64,000 bases of DNA from a virus: positions 32,001 through 96,000 of IMG/VR virus record IMGVR_UViG_3300010885_055964, one strand, 5' to 3'. The translations under genes were made by a program, and so were the position numbers. Shown here piece by piece: positions 39,613-49,790 of this stretch. Under the pieces are notes generated by a model, which saw nothing but the letters and a program-made list of their open reading frames with translations, searched no databases and was not told the DNA's origin. Every line of letters begins with the position of its first letter. Position 1 is the stretch's first letter.

Positions 39613-39894
39613 ATGAAAGGCGAGAAAAAGATCAAGACGTACCGCGCCAAAGTAAGAGCAGTAGCAAGAAATAGAAAGCGTAAGATTAAATTATTAAAAC
39701 AGGCCCAGAAACGTAAGAAGTCATGGGATAAAAATAAGAACATACGAATGCAGTTAAAGGAACAATTATCTCCTACGTTTAGTAGAGCTGCATATATGCC
39801 AGATCATACTATTGCCGTATCAAAAAAAGATGTATTAAAGGTAGATAAATTCAATATGAATAAATGGCAGCCAAAACCATCAGTTGATAAATAG
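39613..39894 (+). CDS. Small basic protein
   Basis: Lys/Arg-rich, GGAG RBS. Confidence 0.55.
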   Translation: MKGEKKIKTYRAKVRAVARNRKRKIKLLKQAQKRKKSWDKNKNIRMQLKEQLSPTFSRAAYMPDHTIAVSKKDVLKVDKFNMNKWQPKPSVDK

Positions 39895-40423
39895 GTACAT
39901 TATGCCCAGACCAAAAGAATACTCCGATTGGATCGAGGCCAATGTACCGGTAGAATTAATTAATTCTAGCCTGTTTAGATTCGAAGTATCTCTAAGGATT
40001 CCTGATCCTGAGAATCCTAAAAAATCTAAAAAAATATTAGTTGATATATTATCAGATTTAGATGTGAATATGGATATATTAGAAGAGCAGATGCAGAACC
40101 TTCCATCTCAATATGCATATTGGGCGGCTGTATACTCAGAGTTAAGGGTAGCAGTGGCTGTAGCAGAACGAAATCTCAAAGTTCGTAAGGGAAAGGCGAC
40201 AGACGAGACAACACAAAGAGTAAAAGAGTCTGGGACTAAAATAACTGCTGATCAGGTAAGGCAGATCATAGAGGTTAATCCTGCTCTAGTTGAAGCAGAT
40301 TTGAAATTAGCGAATGCCCATATGTTAGCAGGCAAGATATATCATATGATGGAGGCGGTAAAGATGAAGCACGAGGTATGTCGCTCACTAATAGGTATAA
40401 AGAAAGCGGAACACAGTAATTAA
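39884..40423 (+). CDS. UvsY-like recombination mediator
   Basis: LPSQYAYWAAVY...helical pattern; sits directly before the gp32-like SSB. Confidence 0.6.
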   Translation: MINRYIMPRPKEYSDWIEANVPVELINSSLFRFEVSLRIPDPENPKKSKKILVDILSDLDVNMDILEEQMQNLPSQYAYWAAVYSELRVAVAVAERNLKVRKGKATDETTQRVKESGTKITADQVRQIIEVNPALVEADLKLANAHMLAGKIYHMMEAVKMKHEVCRSLIGIKKAEHSN

Positions 40424-40429
40424 GGATAA

Positions 40430-40470
40430 TTCGGATCGAATCGAACTGTATTTAATCCGAAGACTTCGAT
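40430..40470 (+). promoter_or_regulatory. Possible pseudoknot in SSB mRNA leader
   Basis: TTCGGAT 40430-36/ATCCGAA 40455-61 crossing ATCGAA 40440-45/TTCGAT 40465-70. Confidence 0.35.
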
Positions 40471-40496
40471 AGTAGTTTTAACCAAAAAGGTGTCAA

Positions 40497-41609
40497 ATGT
40501 CAAAGTACGATGTACAAGCTATACGTAACAAGTTGAAGACCACAATGTCTGGAAAGTTCTCTGATCCAGATGAATTCAAGCCAGAAAAGGCTAATAGTAC
40601 GACAGAGCCTCTCAAATATAGATTCTTTATCATGCCGCCGCTGCTTAAGGGCGATAAGCTCAAGAGTGGTGAAGTCAAAAAGTCTATGGATCAGTTCTTC
40701 ATCACACATGCCAACCACTGGATTAACGATAAACCATACCCTTGTCCTCGAGTGTGGGGAAGCAGTGAATGCAAAGTATGCCAGTTTGGCTTCGACTTGC
40801 TCAAGGAAGAAGCCAATCAAAAGGACGAAGACAAGCGTAGACAGATAATTCGCCAGTGGATGCCAACCACCTACCATATGGTTAATATATTCTTCCCCGT
40901 TTGGAAGGGTAATCCAGAAGAACTGCGTGGCAAGGTAAGGTTCTTCAACGCTTCCAAGACGTTGTTTGACCAATGGACGGCTACTTTGATGCGAGATGAT
41001 TGTGGCGATCCTGATGACCCACAGGCTTATGGTATTTTCTTCGATGAAAATGCAGCTTTCACTTATGAGCTGCAGGTGCTCAAGCAGGGACGGCAGAACA
41101 GTTATAAGACCAGTAAATTCTTGCCAAACGGTGGTGAGCCCACACCGATGATCAAAGCCTCGAATGGAGAAGTGAATGAAGAAATATTGGAGAAGCTTTT
41201 ACGAGCCAGGCACAACTTGTGGGATAAGATAGTTCCCCCCGATGTAGAGAAGCTGGAGCGTATCTTTAATGCCATGACTCTTGGTGATGATGAAGAAAAA
41301 GGCGATAATGGCGGGTTCGACCAGGATGAAAGTGCTTCTAACAAGGTGGCAGAGGGCAAGGCACGTTCTTCTAGAGAAACCACCAAGGTCGAGACATCCA
41401 AATCAGGCCAAGCTCGTACCAAGCCTAAATCTGACGATGATGAGGACAACGAGGATGGCGAAGATGTCGTTACTCATATGTCGGAGGATCTGTCTTCTGA
41501 ACAACCGATGGGCAAGAACACAGAAAAGGGTTCAAACAGCACCAAGGCCAAGGAAGATGATGATGCGAGTGATATCGATGACTTGCTGAGTCAGCTAGAC
41601 GACGACTGA
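40497..41609 (+). CDS. T4 gp32-like single-stranded DNA-binding protein
   Basis: RFFIMP, HW...YPCP...CKVC, acidic tail ending IDDLLSQLDDD. Confidence 0.85.
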   Translation: MSKYDVQAIRNKLKTTMSGKFSDPDEFKPEKANSTTEPLKYRFFIMPPLLKGDKLKSGEVKKSMDQFFITHANHWINDKPYPCPRVWGSSECKVCQFGFDLLKEEANQKDEDKRRQIIRQWMPTTYHMVNIFFPVWKGNPEELRGKVRFFNASKTLFDQWTATLMRDDCGDPDDPQAYGIFFDENAAFTYELQVLKQGRQNSYKTSKFLPNGGEPTPMIKASNGEVNEEILEKLLRARHNLWDKIVPPDVEKLERIFNAMTLGDDEEKGDNGGFDQDESASNKVAEGKARSSRETTKVETSKSGQARTKPKSDDDEDNEDGEDVVTHMSEDLSSEQPMGKNTEKGSNSTKAKEDDDASDIDDLLSQLDDD

Positions 41610-41634
41610 AATAAAACAGAATAATAACAACTCT

Positions 41635-41670
41635 AACAGCCCAGCAGGTTATCCCCGCTGGGCTGTTTTT
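41635..41670 (+). terminator. Rho-independent terminator
   Basis: AACAGCCCAGC / GCTGGGCTGTT 11-bp stem followed by T run. Confidence 0.85.
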
Positions 41671-41682
41671 GTAGGAGAACAA

Positions 41683-42522
41683 ATGCATAATTTACATATG
41701 CTGATAGATGCAAAAAATATATTATATAGAGCGATCTATGCTGTTAAAGCAGACCGCAGGTATGACGTAAAATACCATTATATCACTGTGCTTCTACGAC
41801 AATTTAGTAATTGGATTAATATATATAGACCTACTTCAGTAAGCATTTTCTGGGATGCTCCAAGAAAGACAGTATGGCGTAGATCGATATTGACTTCATA
41901 TAAAGACAGATCAACGAACCACTATATTGGTGATATATCAGAAGAATTGAGAACCACCACGGAAACTGCAAAGGAGCTGTTCGAAGCTATTAATGTTAGA
42001 CAATTCGAAAGGGATAATATGGAGGCGGATGATTTGATATATGCTACTACATCTATCTTACATCCTGCCCAGAGCATAATCGTTTCTTCAGATAGTGATA
42101 TGGTCCAGATACCTTTTACTTTTAATTCATGCAAATTATATGATCCGGGAAAAAAGCGAGAGGTAGTGATGCCGAGTGTCAATCCTGTGATGCAGAAGGC
42201 TTTGGTAGGAGACAAGTCGGATTGTATAGACGGTTACAGGGGAATAGGAGAGAAGAAGAGCCAAATATTGTTAGCTGATCATCATACATTAAATGAATAT
42301 TTAGATACCAATGGGACCAGTAAATTTAATCGAAATTTGCTTCTTATCGATCTATCATTATGTCCCAAATTAATGCATAATAAAATATATTGCTTAAGAA
42401 AATTAGCTTCGAAGACGAATTTCGACCAAAAGTTGGTCAATGAATTAATAATAAAACATAAGATAAATGGATTATTACAGGAATACCATGATATAGTATT
42501 ACCTTTTAGAGTATTGACATGA
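41683..42522 (+). CDS. 5'-3' exonuclease (Pol I N-terminal / T4 RNase H-like)
   Basis: LIDAKN, YKDR, EADDLI, SSDSDMVQ, GDKSDCIDGYRGIGEK. Confidence 0.92.
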   Translation: MHNLHMLIDAKNILYRAIYAVKADRRYDVKYHYITVLLRQFSNWINIYRPTSVSIFWDAPRKTVWRRSILTSYKDRSTNHYIGDISEELRTTTETAKELFEAINVRQFERDNMEADDLIYATTSILHPAQSIIVSSDSDMVQIPFTFNSCKLYDPGKKREVVMPSVNPVMQKALVGDKSDCIDGYRGIGEKKSQILLADHHTLNEYLDTNGTSKFNRNLLLIDLSLCPKLMHNKIYCLRKLASKTNFDQKLVNELIIKHKINGLLQEYHDIVLPFRVLT

Positions 42523-43295
42523 GAAAGTTTATAATACTAGCCCAACCAAGAACTGGCTCTACATTGATGACCAGCTTGATACAAAAAAGTGCACCCAAAG
42601 GAATAAGGTGTATCAATGAACCGATTAATCCTGTTGGGCACAAGCATCACATGAAGGGGCCATCTCCTCAATTAATACCACAAGAAATATTGTGTCACGA
42701 CATTACCAGAGCTTTAGACATATGCTTCGAACCGATATTTGAACATGTAGAAAATGATGTAAAACATGTATCATGGATAAAACATAGAAGAGATGGCCAT
42801 ATAGCCGCAGGTTTTAAGATAATGGCTCATCAAATTGAAGCACTACCACATGAACGTAAGTTTTGGGAATACTTACATAGGCACGATGTGAAGACTATCA
42901 TAATAACTAGAAATAATATATTAATGCAATGGATATCAGATTTGATAGTAAAGCAGACAAGGCAATGTGTCGTATGGAAGGGCCCTGTCATTAGAGCAAA
43001 GGTAGAGGTGCCATTAGCTGATATTGAATATAACCTTGATGAAATAATGCGCCAGAATAAGTATTTGTTGGATAAATCAGCTAGCTTAGATAGGCGTATA
43101 TTATGTTATGAGGATTTTAAAGATAATCATTTAGTGGTTGAAGAATCGTTACCATGGTTGTTGGGTATTAAATATGCTGTCAGTGCTCAGTGCAAAAAAC
43201 AAAATTCGGATGCATTATGCGCGAGAGTAACTAATTACGAACAATTGCGTTCTAGGATAATAGAATTAGGGTTAGAACAGTACTTAACAGATTGA
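42519..43295 (+). CDS. Stf0-like sulfotransferase
   Basis: ILAQPRTGSTL (5'-PSB), ITRNNILMQWIS (3'-PB), CYEDF, KKQN. Confidence 0.8.
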   Translation: MRKFIILAQPRTGSTLMTSLIQKSAPKGIRCINEPINPVGHKHHMKGPSPQLIPQEILCHDITRALDICFEPIFEHVENDVKHVSWIKHRRDGHIAAGFKIMAHQIEALPHERKFWEYLHRHDVKTIIITRNNILMQWISDLIVKQTRQCVVWKGPVIRAKVEVPLADIEYNLDEIMRQNKYLLDKSASLDRRILCYEDFKDNHLVVEESLPWLLGIKYAVSAQCKKQNSDALCARVTNYEQLRSRIIELGLEQYLTD

Positions 43296-43305
43296 GGGCT
43301 TAACG

Positions 43306-43572
43306 ATGGCTATCGAGGTACATGTTGCCAGAGTCGGTTTGTTTAACGTGGATGCAACAGGCAATATTATGAGAAAGAATGATCCAGATATATCAATAAA
43401 GCAGCAATTAACCTCTAGCTTGGAACACTTGGTTATAGAGGACGCGAGTGTTCCAAATTCTGTGGGGAATCCAACTGTGACTGAATATATTAAATTAGAA
43501 GCGACAGATAATTTCGTCGTTCATCACATGGATCAAACGATGATACTTACATACGGGCCCTCCTTGGCCTAA
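43306..43572 (+). CDS. Hypothetical protein
   Basis: 88 aa, GAGG RBS. Confidence 0.6.
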   Translation: MAIEVHVARVGLFNVDATGNIMRKNDPDISIKQQLTSSLEHLVIEDASVPNSVGNPTVTEYIKLEATDNFVVHHMDQTMILTYGPSLA

Positions 43573-43632
43573 GTTATTTAGTAGCAATGGCTTATGCCCG
43601 ATGACCATTGTTTAGAATAGAAGGAACAACAT

Positions 43633-44325
43633 ATGGGTAATAGGATAATGGTATGCTTAGCTCCTGACTTCGATGCTGAGTTAGCTCCAATACCAGCTAT
43701 TAGATATAGAAATTGGTGGGAAGATAATAGAGCCACCCAGAATCATGCACGCCATTGTTTGCCATTAAATATGGCTAACAGTCTTGGATTTTACATTCTA
43801 TCGCCTGGTACATTTAAGGTTAGATGGAATGGTGATGTTCATTCTAGGGCCGTGATCGAACATATAGATAAATCATCACATTACGAGGTAGATGATCATG
43901 CTTCGTTTGCCAGTTTTACAGTGCAAGCAAAATTTATCCCTGTTACTGATGATCCAGGAGACTTTGTGTATATCAAAGGCATACCTAATATGCGATGTAC
44001 ACCATATACTTGTATGGAAGCGATAATAGAAGCGTGGTGGAGCGTTGCTAACTTTGGTTTGGTTTTTATGATTAATCAGCCCGGTGAATTTACTATAGAA
44101 AAAGGCCATCCTATCGCTCAAATGTTCATGTATCATGGGGCAGCTGGGGCCGCCATAGGTGAATTACATCATGGGCATCCAGAAGGTCATCGAGAATGGT
44201 TAGCACGAAGATCTAGACCAGATTATGTCAAAGATTATGATTATTTGAAGGGAAATAACTTTTCAGGTGACAGCATTGAGTCGCATGTAAGTAATTGGAA
44301 AGATGCAGCCAAATTCAGAAAGTGA
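43633..44325 (+). CDS. DUF6065-like protein
   Basis: RNW...HARHCLPLNMANSLGFYILSP, GHPIAQ. Confidence 0.75.
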   Translation: MGNRIMVCLAPDFDAELAPIPAIRYRNWWEDNRATQNHARHCLPLNMANSLGFYILSPGTFKVRWNGDVHSRAVIEHIDKSSHYEVDDHASFASFTVQAKFIPVTDDPGDFVYIKGIPNMRCTPYTCMEAIIEAWWSVANFGLVFMINQPGEFTIEKGHPIAQMFMYHGAAGAAIGELHHGHPEGHREWLARRSRPDYVKDYDYLKGNNFSGDSIESHVSNWKDAAKFRK

Positions 44326-44328
44326 CCT

Positions 44329-45132
44329 ATGTCTATAGATAACTGGGTAAATCCGATATATTTGCAAGATCGGGTAGTGGAAGATATCAAAGAATCAATA
44401 CTAGCTAAGCCTGTTGTTAAATATGCTGTGTTAGATAATTTCTTCATAGAAGATAAGATAGATCTATTAATAAATAAGCATCAGTCTTTGGCTTTTAGCG
44501 AAGCAGCAGACAGAGTCACCACCAGCGGTGTAATATTGCCGTATGATGGGTCAGTGAAATTCGCTGACAAGAATGATGTAGGTGCTGATTTGTTTTTTGA
44601 TCCAGAATGGCATAGATATTGTGCTTATATTACTGGCACCGAATTATCTGATCCTGCTGGTACCGAAGTTAAACTACGATATCATCGAGGCATGGCTGAT
44701 GGATTTTGGATCCATACCGATTCGACCATAAGGGATTTAGTAATAATAGCATATTTTAATAAGGGATGGACCGCTGCCGATGGAGGATTATTACAATTAT
44801 GGAGGGTGGATGAGACACATGACATTAATGCATATAAAGTAAATGCACCTAGTGGTCGTATGGATTTTCTAAGAACTAATAGCAGAATAAGCACAGTTAC
44901 CCCTGGAGGTGGTTTTCCTGATAAAAGACCACATGATTTGGTTCTGATAGACCAAGTAGTGCCCACATATAATCGAGTTTTTATATGTAACCTCAAGGCA
45001 GAACCTGCTTATCATAGCGTAACACCGAGCAATGGAAGAGAACGCTTGGGCTTTGTGCAGTGGTTATATGATTTGAGGAATGGAAAGAGAAGAGAAGAAC
45101 ATATCCCAGATTATAAGAATAATCATAAGTAG
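44329..45132 (+). CDS. 2OG-Fe(II) oxygenase (prolyl-hydroxylase-like)
   Basis: HTD, YFNKGW...GGLLQLW, YHSV, RERL. Confidence 0.85.
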   Translation: MSIDNWVNPIYLQDRVVEDIKESILAKPVVKYAVLDNFFIEDKIDLLINKHQSLAFSEAADRVTTSGVILPYDGSVKFADKNDVGADLFFDPEWHRYCAYITGTELSDPAGTEVKLRYHRGMADGFWIHTDSTIRDLVIIAYFNKGWTAADGGLLQLWRVDETHDINAYKVNAPSGRMDFLRTNSRISTVTPGGGFPDKRPHDLVLIDQVVPTYNRVFICNLKAEPAYHSVTPSNGRERLGFVQWLYDLRNGKRREEHIPDYKNNHK

Positions 45133-45144
45133 GGTATATAATGC

Positions 45145-45582
45145 ATGAACGATTACGTTACTAGTAATAAACTGAGTCAATACCGTAAAGATGAGAAACC
45201 AGAGAAATGCCCTATTCTGGATGTGGCTGATTTTAAACCAGTAGTCGACCACGACCATGTGACTGGGAAAGTCAGAGGAGTGATATCTTCAGAAGGTAAT
45301 GTGTTAATAGGTAAGATCGAGAATTGTTTTAGATCTAGGTGTGTCGATAGCGATTTAGAATTGCCGAATGTTCTTAGAAGAATAGCATTATATCTTGAGC
45401 AGGATCAAGGACCATATCACCCAGTAGGTGTTCGGCAATTGGTCAAGCGTTTTGCTAGAATGGTAAAAGAAGACCAATATACGATATTATTGACCCATTA
45501 TTGTGTCGAATCTATCGAGGAGTGTAGTAATTCTACCGACAGGGCAAAGTTATATAGAAAGATGTTAGTCGGAGAGCAATAA
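45145..45582 (+). CDS. Recombination endonuclease VII
   Basis: CPIL, VVDHDHVTGKVRG, NVLIGKIEN. Confidence 0.85.
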   Translation: MNDYVTSNKLSQYRKDEKPEKCPILDVADFKPVVDHDHVTGKVRGVISSEGNVLIGKIENCFRSRCVDSDLELPNVLRRIALYLEQDQGPYHPVGVRQLVKRFARMVKEDQYTILLTHYCVESIEECSNSTDRAKLYRKMLVGEQ

Positions 45583-45725
45583 TGGCATGTAGCTCCTGTG
45601 GTAGAGCGGGTGCGATCAGATCTACAGGGCTGGTAGTGAAATATTCTGCACAAATGCCTATTAGGATTAGAGCTTCATCAACGGAGCCGTTGAGACCTGC
45701 TAACGACGCAGATAAGAGGCGATAA
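45582..45725 (+). CDS. Small Cys-containing basic peptide (47 aa)
   Basis: My translation MACSSCGRAG...; TAATG overlaps at both ends. Confidence 0.55.
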   Translation: MACSSCGRAGAIRSTGLVVKYSAQMPIRIRASSTEPLRPANDADKRR

Positions 45726-46009
45726 TGTGTTGTGGTAAGTCGAATAGTTCTAACAAGACTATAAGAACACAGAAAATACAGAAGCAGCGAGTCGTTAAGC
45801 CTAGCAAGCAGGCTTCTGCACGAGAAATATCAAGAGCTAAAGCCGCTACGAGTAATACTATAAAGACGTCATCTATCCCGGCACAAAGACAAAGGATGAC
45901 TAGAACTGATCGATGTAGTGAATGTAATCATCCTGTGGTTATGGTAAATATCGCAGGCAGAGAAAGAGAGCAGTGTTCTAATCCAGGATGTAGAAAAATA
46001 AAAAGATGA
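45725..46009 (+). CDS. Small basic Zn-binding protein
   Basis: MCCG..., CSEC...CSNPGC. Confidence 0.6.
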   Translation: MCCGKSNSSNKTIRTQKIQKQRVVKPSKQASAREISRAKAATSNTIKTSSIPAQRQRMTRTDRCSECNHPVVMVNIAGREREQCSNPGCRKIKR

Positions 46010-46452
46010 TAGAAATATCTATAATACTATTGAGTATAATACTATTATCTTTGGCTGTTGAAGCAGTCACCGAAATAATAACATCGTCAGAGATAGCCAA
46101 ACCTGTTCATGCTATGATATATCGATTGGCTTTTACTAATCCCCCTGTAGACACCATGGCTACTAGAATATGGTCATGGGCATATAAGTTAATAACTTGC
46201 GGTTATTGTACGAGTGTTTGGGTATCTCTATTGGTATGTCTATTGCTAAGCCACACTATCATGCACGAATACATTAATATTGTAATATTAGTTTTTGTGA
46301 TACATAGACTGTCTAACTGGATTCATGTTATTTATGAATTAGTTAGAAAGGGTAGAGTAAATACTCTTGATATAGCATTAAGCGTGGAGGAGAAATCAGA
46401 TGGAGGCATTAGAGAAAGCATTACAGAGGGAGGGCCAGAAGCTGGGTCCTGA
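46006..46452 (+). CDS. DUF1360-like membrane protein
   Basis: KLITCGYCTSVWVS between TM helices. Confidence 0.65.
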   Translation: MIEISIILLSIILLSLAVEAVTEIITSSEIAKPVHAMIYRLAFTNPPVDTMATRIWSWAYKLITCGYCTSVWVSLLVCLLLSHTIMHEYINIVILVFVIHRLSNWIHVIYELVRKGRVNTLDIALSVEEKSDGGIRESITEGGPEAGS

Positions 46453-46909
46453 TATATTTAATCAGGTCGAAGTTAAAACATTAGCAGATATACAAAGAAT
46501 ATTAACTGAATTTGATCCAGCAAAGAATAAGCCCCATAACGATATTCCAATATCTACTATACTCAACGAGGTAGAGGGTGGCAAGAATGTGGCATATAAT
46601 GTATCGGCTTCTACTAAATCAAAAAGTAAAAGAGACATGTTGGTAGAAGGAATGGCATTGATACAAAGAAGGCTAGAAACGTCAGAAGAAATAGCTAATG
46701 CTACTGAAGAGATTGAGATAAATGGTAGGTATGTCAAGCCAGCTATATTGCGTAGCAACACACAAGGACATGCATGGGTAGATCCATTGATTAAGCAATG
46801 GACCGGCGGTAGAAGAGATGGAACATTAATCGTTTGGGACTTAGATGATGGCTATCAATACAGGTACGAGATCTTCACCCACAAGCTCACCCGGATTAAC
46901 AAGCAATGA
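46400..46909 (+). CDS. Hypothetical protein
   Basis: 169 aa, GAGGAG RBS. Confidence 0.65.
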   Translation: MEALEKALQREGQKLGPDIFNQVEVKTLADIQRILTEFDPAKNKPHNDIPISTILNEVEGGKNVAYNVSASTKSKSKRDMLVEGMALIQRRLETSEEIANATEEIEINGRYVKPAILRSNTQGHAWVDPLIKQWTGGRRDGTLIVWDLDDGYQYRYEIFTHKLTRINKQ

Positions 46910-47219
46910 TAAGACGCAACTGCCGCCATTAGCCTATCATAGACCAAGGTCACTATACAGTCCTGTATATGGTGATTTAGTGGTGTGGTCTAAGTGGTTT
47001 ACCACCTGGTACGGTGTAGTAATAAACTATGACGCCAAAAGCAGTAAGATGGAAGTCATATTTGAGGGATTGCCCATACTATTGTTCACTATGAACGAAC
47101 AAGCACAGTCTGAGAACATTTTTACTCTGGATTATTTGGAGCTTAAGAATGCGAAGAACGGCAAGTACGCTATCTTACAACGAGATCCCACGACCAGAGA
47201 GCCCATCTGGTATATCTAG
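46848..47219 (+). CDS. Hypothetical protein
   Basis: Start uncertain; overlaps neighbours. Confidence 0.5.
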   Translation: MAINTGTRSSPTSSPGLTSNDKTQLPPLAYHRPRSLYSPVYGDLVVWSKWFTTWYGVVINYDAKSSKMEVIFEGLPILLFTMNEQAQSENIFTLDYLELKNAKNGKYAILQRDPTTREPIWYI

Positions 47220-47799
47220 GAGCACTCTGCCAAAAGTACTACCATACACCATATTAGAACCACTAGCCGTTGATGGACCATTAAAGAATATATTTTGTTA
47301 TATTATAAAGTATTATGGTGAAGAAGGATTATCTGTCCTTATTTATAGGCAAAAATCAAAAGATCAAGTGGTGACCATATTTGGTGACTGGCACGGAAAT
47401 AGCATTGACATTACACAAGGAGAAAGTTCAGACACTAAGCTGTGTTCATCCTTCATACAATCAGACTTGGTAAATGTGTTAGACATGATGCGTGTTATAA
47501 ATATAGACCAGGCACAATACTTTTTTGGTGTTGATCAGCATGGATTAGTGCTGTGCGACGTACAGATATCGATTAATAAGATGGTTGGCCCTGGCATGGT
47601 AAAGGATGTATTTGGTAAGATATTGAGAACACAGGATGTGATTAAGACAGAGATATTAGATGACAGGGCCATGGAAGCTATTATCAAAGGTAACGGATCT
47701 TATGAAGGAGATTTAATAATCAAACCTTCAAGATTTCGATTAAATCATAAAATGGAAGATCAGTCTTATCAACCATTGTACGCTAAGGTAATCAGATAA
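47149..47799 (+). CDS. Hypothetical protein
   Basis: 216 aa, start uncertain. Confidence 0.6.
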   Translation: MRRTASTLSYNEIPRPESPSGISRSTLPKVLPYTILEPLAVDGPLKNIFCYIIKYYGEEGLSVLIYRQKSKDQVVTIFGDWHGNSIDITQGESSDTKLCSSFIQSDLVNVLDMMRVINIDQAQYFFGVDQHGLVLCDVQISINKMVGPGMVKDVFGKILRTQDVIKTEILDDRAMEAIIKGNGSYEGDLIIKPSRFRLNHKMEDQSYQPLYAKVIR

Positions 47800-49790
47800 T
47801 GCCTTATTATATAAATCCTAATCCATATATAGTGCCTCTAGTAGGGGCTGATGGGTTAGTAATAAGAATAAGACCACATTCTAAGATAGAATTACCTGCT
47901 TATTTTGACCGATATGTCAGTCGCGGATTAATAAGGGCAGTAGGTTCGGGAGAATTGAATATAGAAGCTAAGATACAACCAAAGTTGGCTGAGCTGAAGA
48001 GAATAGCAAGAACTGGTACTAATAAACCCATCGTCGACGCTGGACAGAATAAACATACTGAGATATTGGGGATAGACAAGTCAAAGCTCAAAGATCGACG
48101 CACACTGAGAAGCCAGAAGAATACAGTAAAACAGAGTAAGCCAAATAAAACCAGAAAGCCTACTGAGCACCAGAAGCGTACACCTGAGATAATCGATCGT
48201 TCTACATCTGATATAGAAAAAATAGTCGGTATAGCTGTCAATAAGAAAGCCCATATATCGATGTCTTCATATTTAAATGGAGAACGAGTTCCATTGAGTA
48301 ATAATATCGGAGTAGGAATACTATCTTATCAACGGTATAAGAGCCTTAAGAGATTAGTAACATCTATACGTCGGCACACTAATATATATAAAACAACCGT
48401 GTTTATTAGTGATGATGGTAGCACAGACCCAGAATTGGTCGAATACCTAAACGAATTAGATGCGTCCGGTGATTTTACGATTATTAGAAGCACACACAGG
48501 CTGGGTGTGGCTGGTAATAGTAACCGACTGCTCAGGTGTTTAAGCAGATTTAAATATGGCATATTGTTAAATGATGATGTAGAAGTTTTAGATGAAGGAT
48601 GGGAATACTTTTATACGCGCGCTTTAGAACAAACAGGAATGCATCATTTGATGCTCAGGCAGAATGGCATATATGGTGCTAAACAAGGAGTGCCGGTTAA
48701 CGCTAGCGGGATCATACTGAATAAGGTCGACGATAAACCACAAGGAGCTGTGTTAGTCTTCACCCACAAGATGCTGAACAGTTGTGGTTATTTCAATGAG
48801 CAATATGGTTTATATGGAATGGAACATGTCGATTGGTCCGCGAAAGCACACGAGTTCGGCTTACAGCAAAGAGGCTTTTATGATGTGATGGGCTCAGACA
48901 GATACATGATGCTGCATGATGAAAGATCAGCGGTGAGTGATAGAGAAGCGTCACTTGCCAAGGCAAAAGCCATCTTTAAGGACAGAGAGCCTAGACAGAA
49001 GGTGCCTCCTAGTGCAGTATCAGCCGTAGATGAAATAACATATATTATACCTTTTAGAGACCATGAGAGAACAGGTGCTATCAAAACAGTATTAAATAAT
49101 ATTAGGGCACAGCGGTTTCCTGTGATACATATAATCATATCTGAACAGGATGTGGTTTCCCGTATAGACGTCCAAGCGTATGAACCGGTATCTTATGTAA
49201 TGGCCAGCAAAGACGAACAGCTTTTTAATAAGTCATATGCTTTTAACCAAGCAGTGGTTGTAGCCACCAGTGATAAATTGATATTACATGATGCTGACAT
49301 GATGACATTCGGAGATTATGCTAGGAAAATATGGCAAATATTAGAACATGCTGACGCATGTCATATTGGCTCTAGAGTATTGTATACAGATAAACAATCA
49401 TGTGAACAAATCAATATCACTGGAGAAATGGGAGAGTCGACGATATGTGAACGAGTGGTCGGTTATTATGAGGGTGGCTCGTTAGCATGCACAAAGAGAG
49501 CATATTGGCGTTGTGGTGCTTTTAATGAAGATTTCTATGGATATGGATGCGAAGACTGTGACTTTTACAAACGCTTGTCTGAGTCATCCAATTGGTGTGG
49601 AGATCGTGACTATGATCTGATTCACTTATGGCACTCTCGAGTAGAAGGATGGAATGACCATCACGATATTAATAAAGAGCTAGAATCATATCTGAAAAAA
49701 TTATCAGTAAGCCAAAGAATAAACAAACAAATAACCCAGCTTAAACAAAATGGGTATGGACAGACTTTAAGAGAGATGGGCATATCGTGA
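47799..49790 (+). CDS. Double GT2/GT7-like glycosyltransferase with basic N-terminal region
   Basis: SDDGS, LLNDD, YGMEHVDW; second domain IIPFRD, FNKSYAFN, LHDAD, FNEDFYGYGCEDCD, HLWH. Confidence 0.85.
   Translation: MPYYINPNPYIVPLVGADGLVIRIRPHSKIELPAYFDRYVSRGLIRAVGSGELNIEAKIQPKLAELKRIARTGTNKPIVDAGQNKHTEILGIDKSKLKDRRTLRSQKNTVKQSKPNKTRKPTEHQKRTPEIIDRSTSDIEKIVGIAVNKKAHISMSSYLNGERVPLSNNIGVGILSYQRYKSLKRLVTSIRRHTNIYKTTVFISDDGSTDPELVEYLNELDASGDFTIIRSTHRLGVAGNSNRLLRCLSRFKYGILLNDDVEVLDEGWEYFYTRALEQTGMHHLMLRQNGIYGAKQGVPVNASGIILNKVDDKPQGAVLVFTHKMLNSCGYFNEQYGLYGMEHVDWSAKAHEFGLQQRGFYDVMGSDRYMMLHDERSAVSDREASLAKAKAIFKDREPRQKVPPSAVSAVDEITYIIPFRDHERTGAIKTVLNNIRAQRFPVIHIIISEQDVVSRIDVQAYEPVSYVMASKDEQLFNKSYAFNQAVVVATSDKLILHDADMMTFGDYARKIWQILEHADACHIGSRVLYTDKQSCEQINITGEMGESTICERVVGYYEGGSLACTKRAYWRCGAFNEDFYGYGCEDCDFYKRLSESSNWCGDRDYDLIHLWHSRVEGWNDHHDINKELESYLKKLSVSQRINKQITQLKQNGYGQTLREMGIS

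Noticed and set aside
28541-41589. Long antisense or alternate-frame ORFs (28541-29041, 32390-32815, 36358-36690, 40500-40973, 41281-41589)
   Set aside because: Shadows of well-supported genes with biased codons
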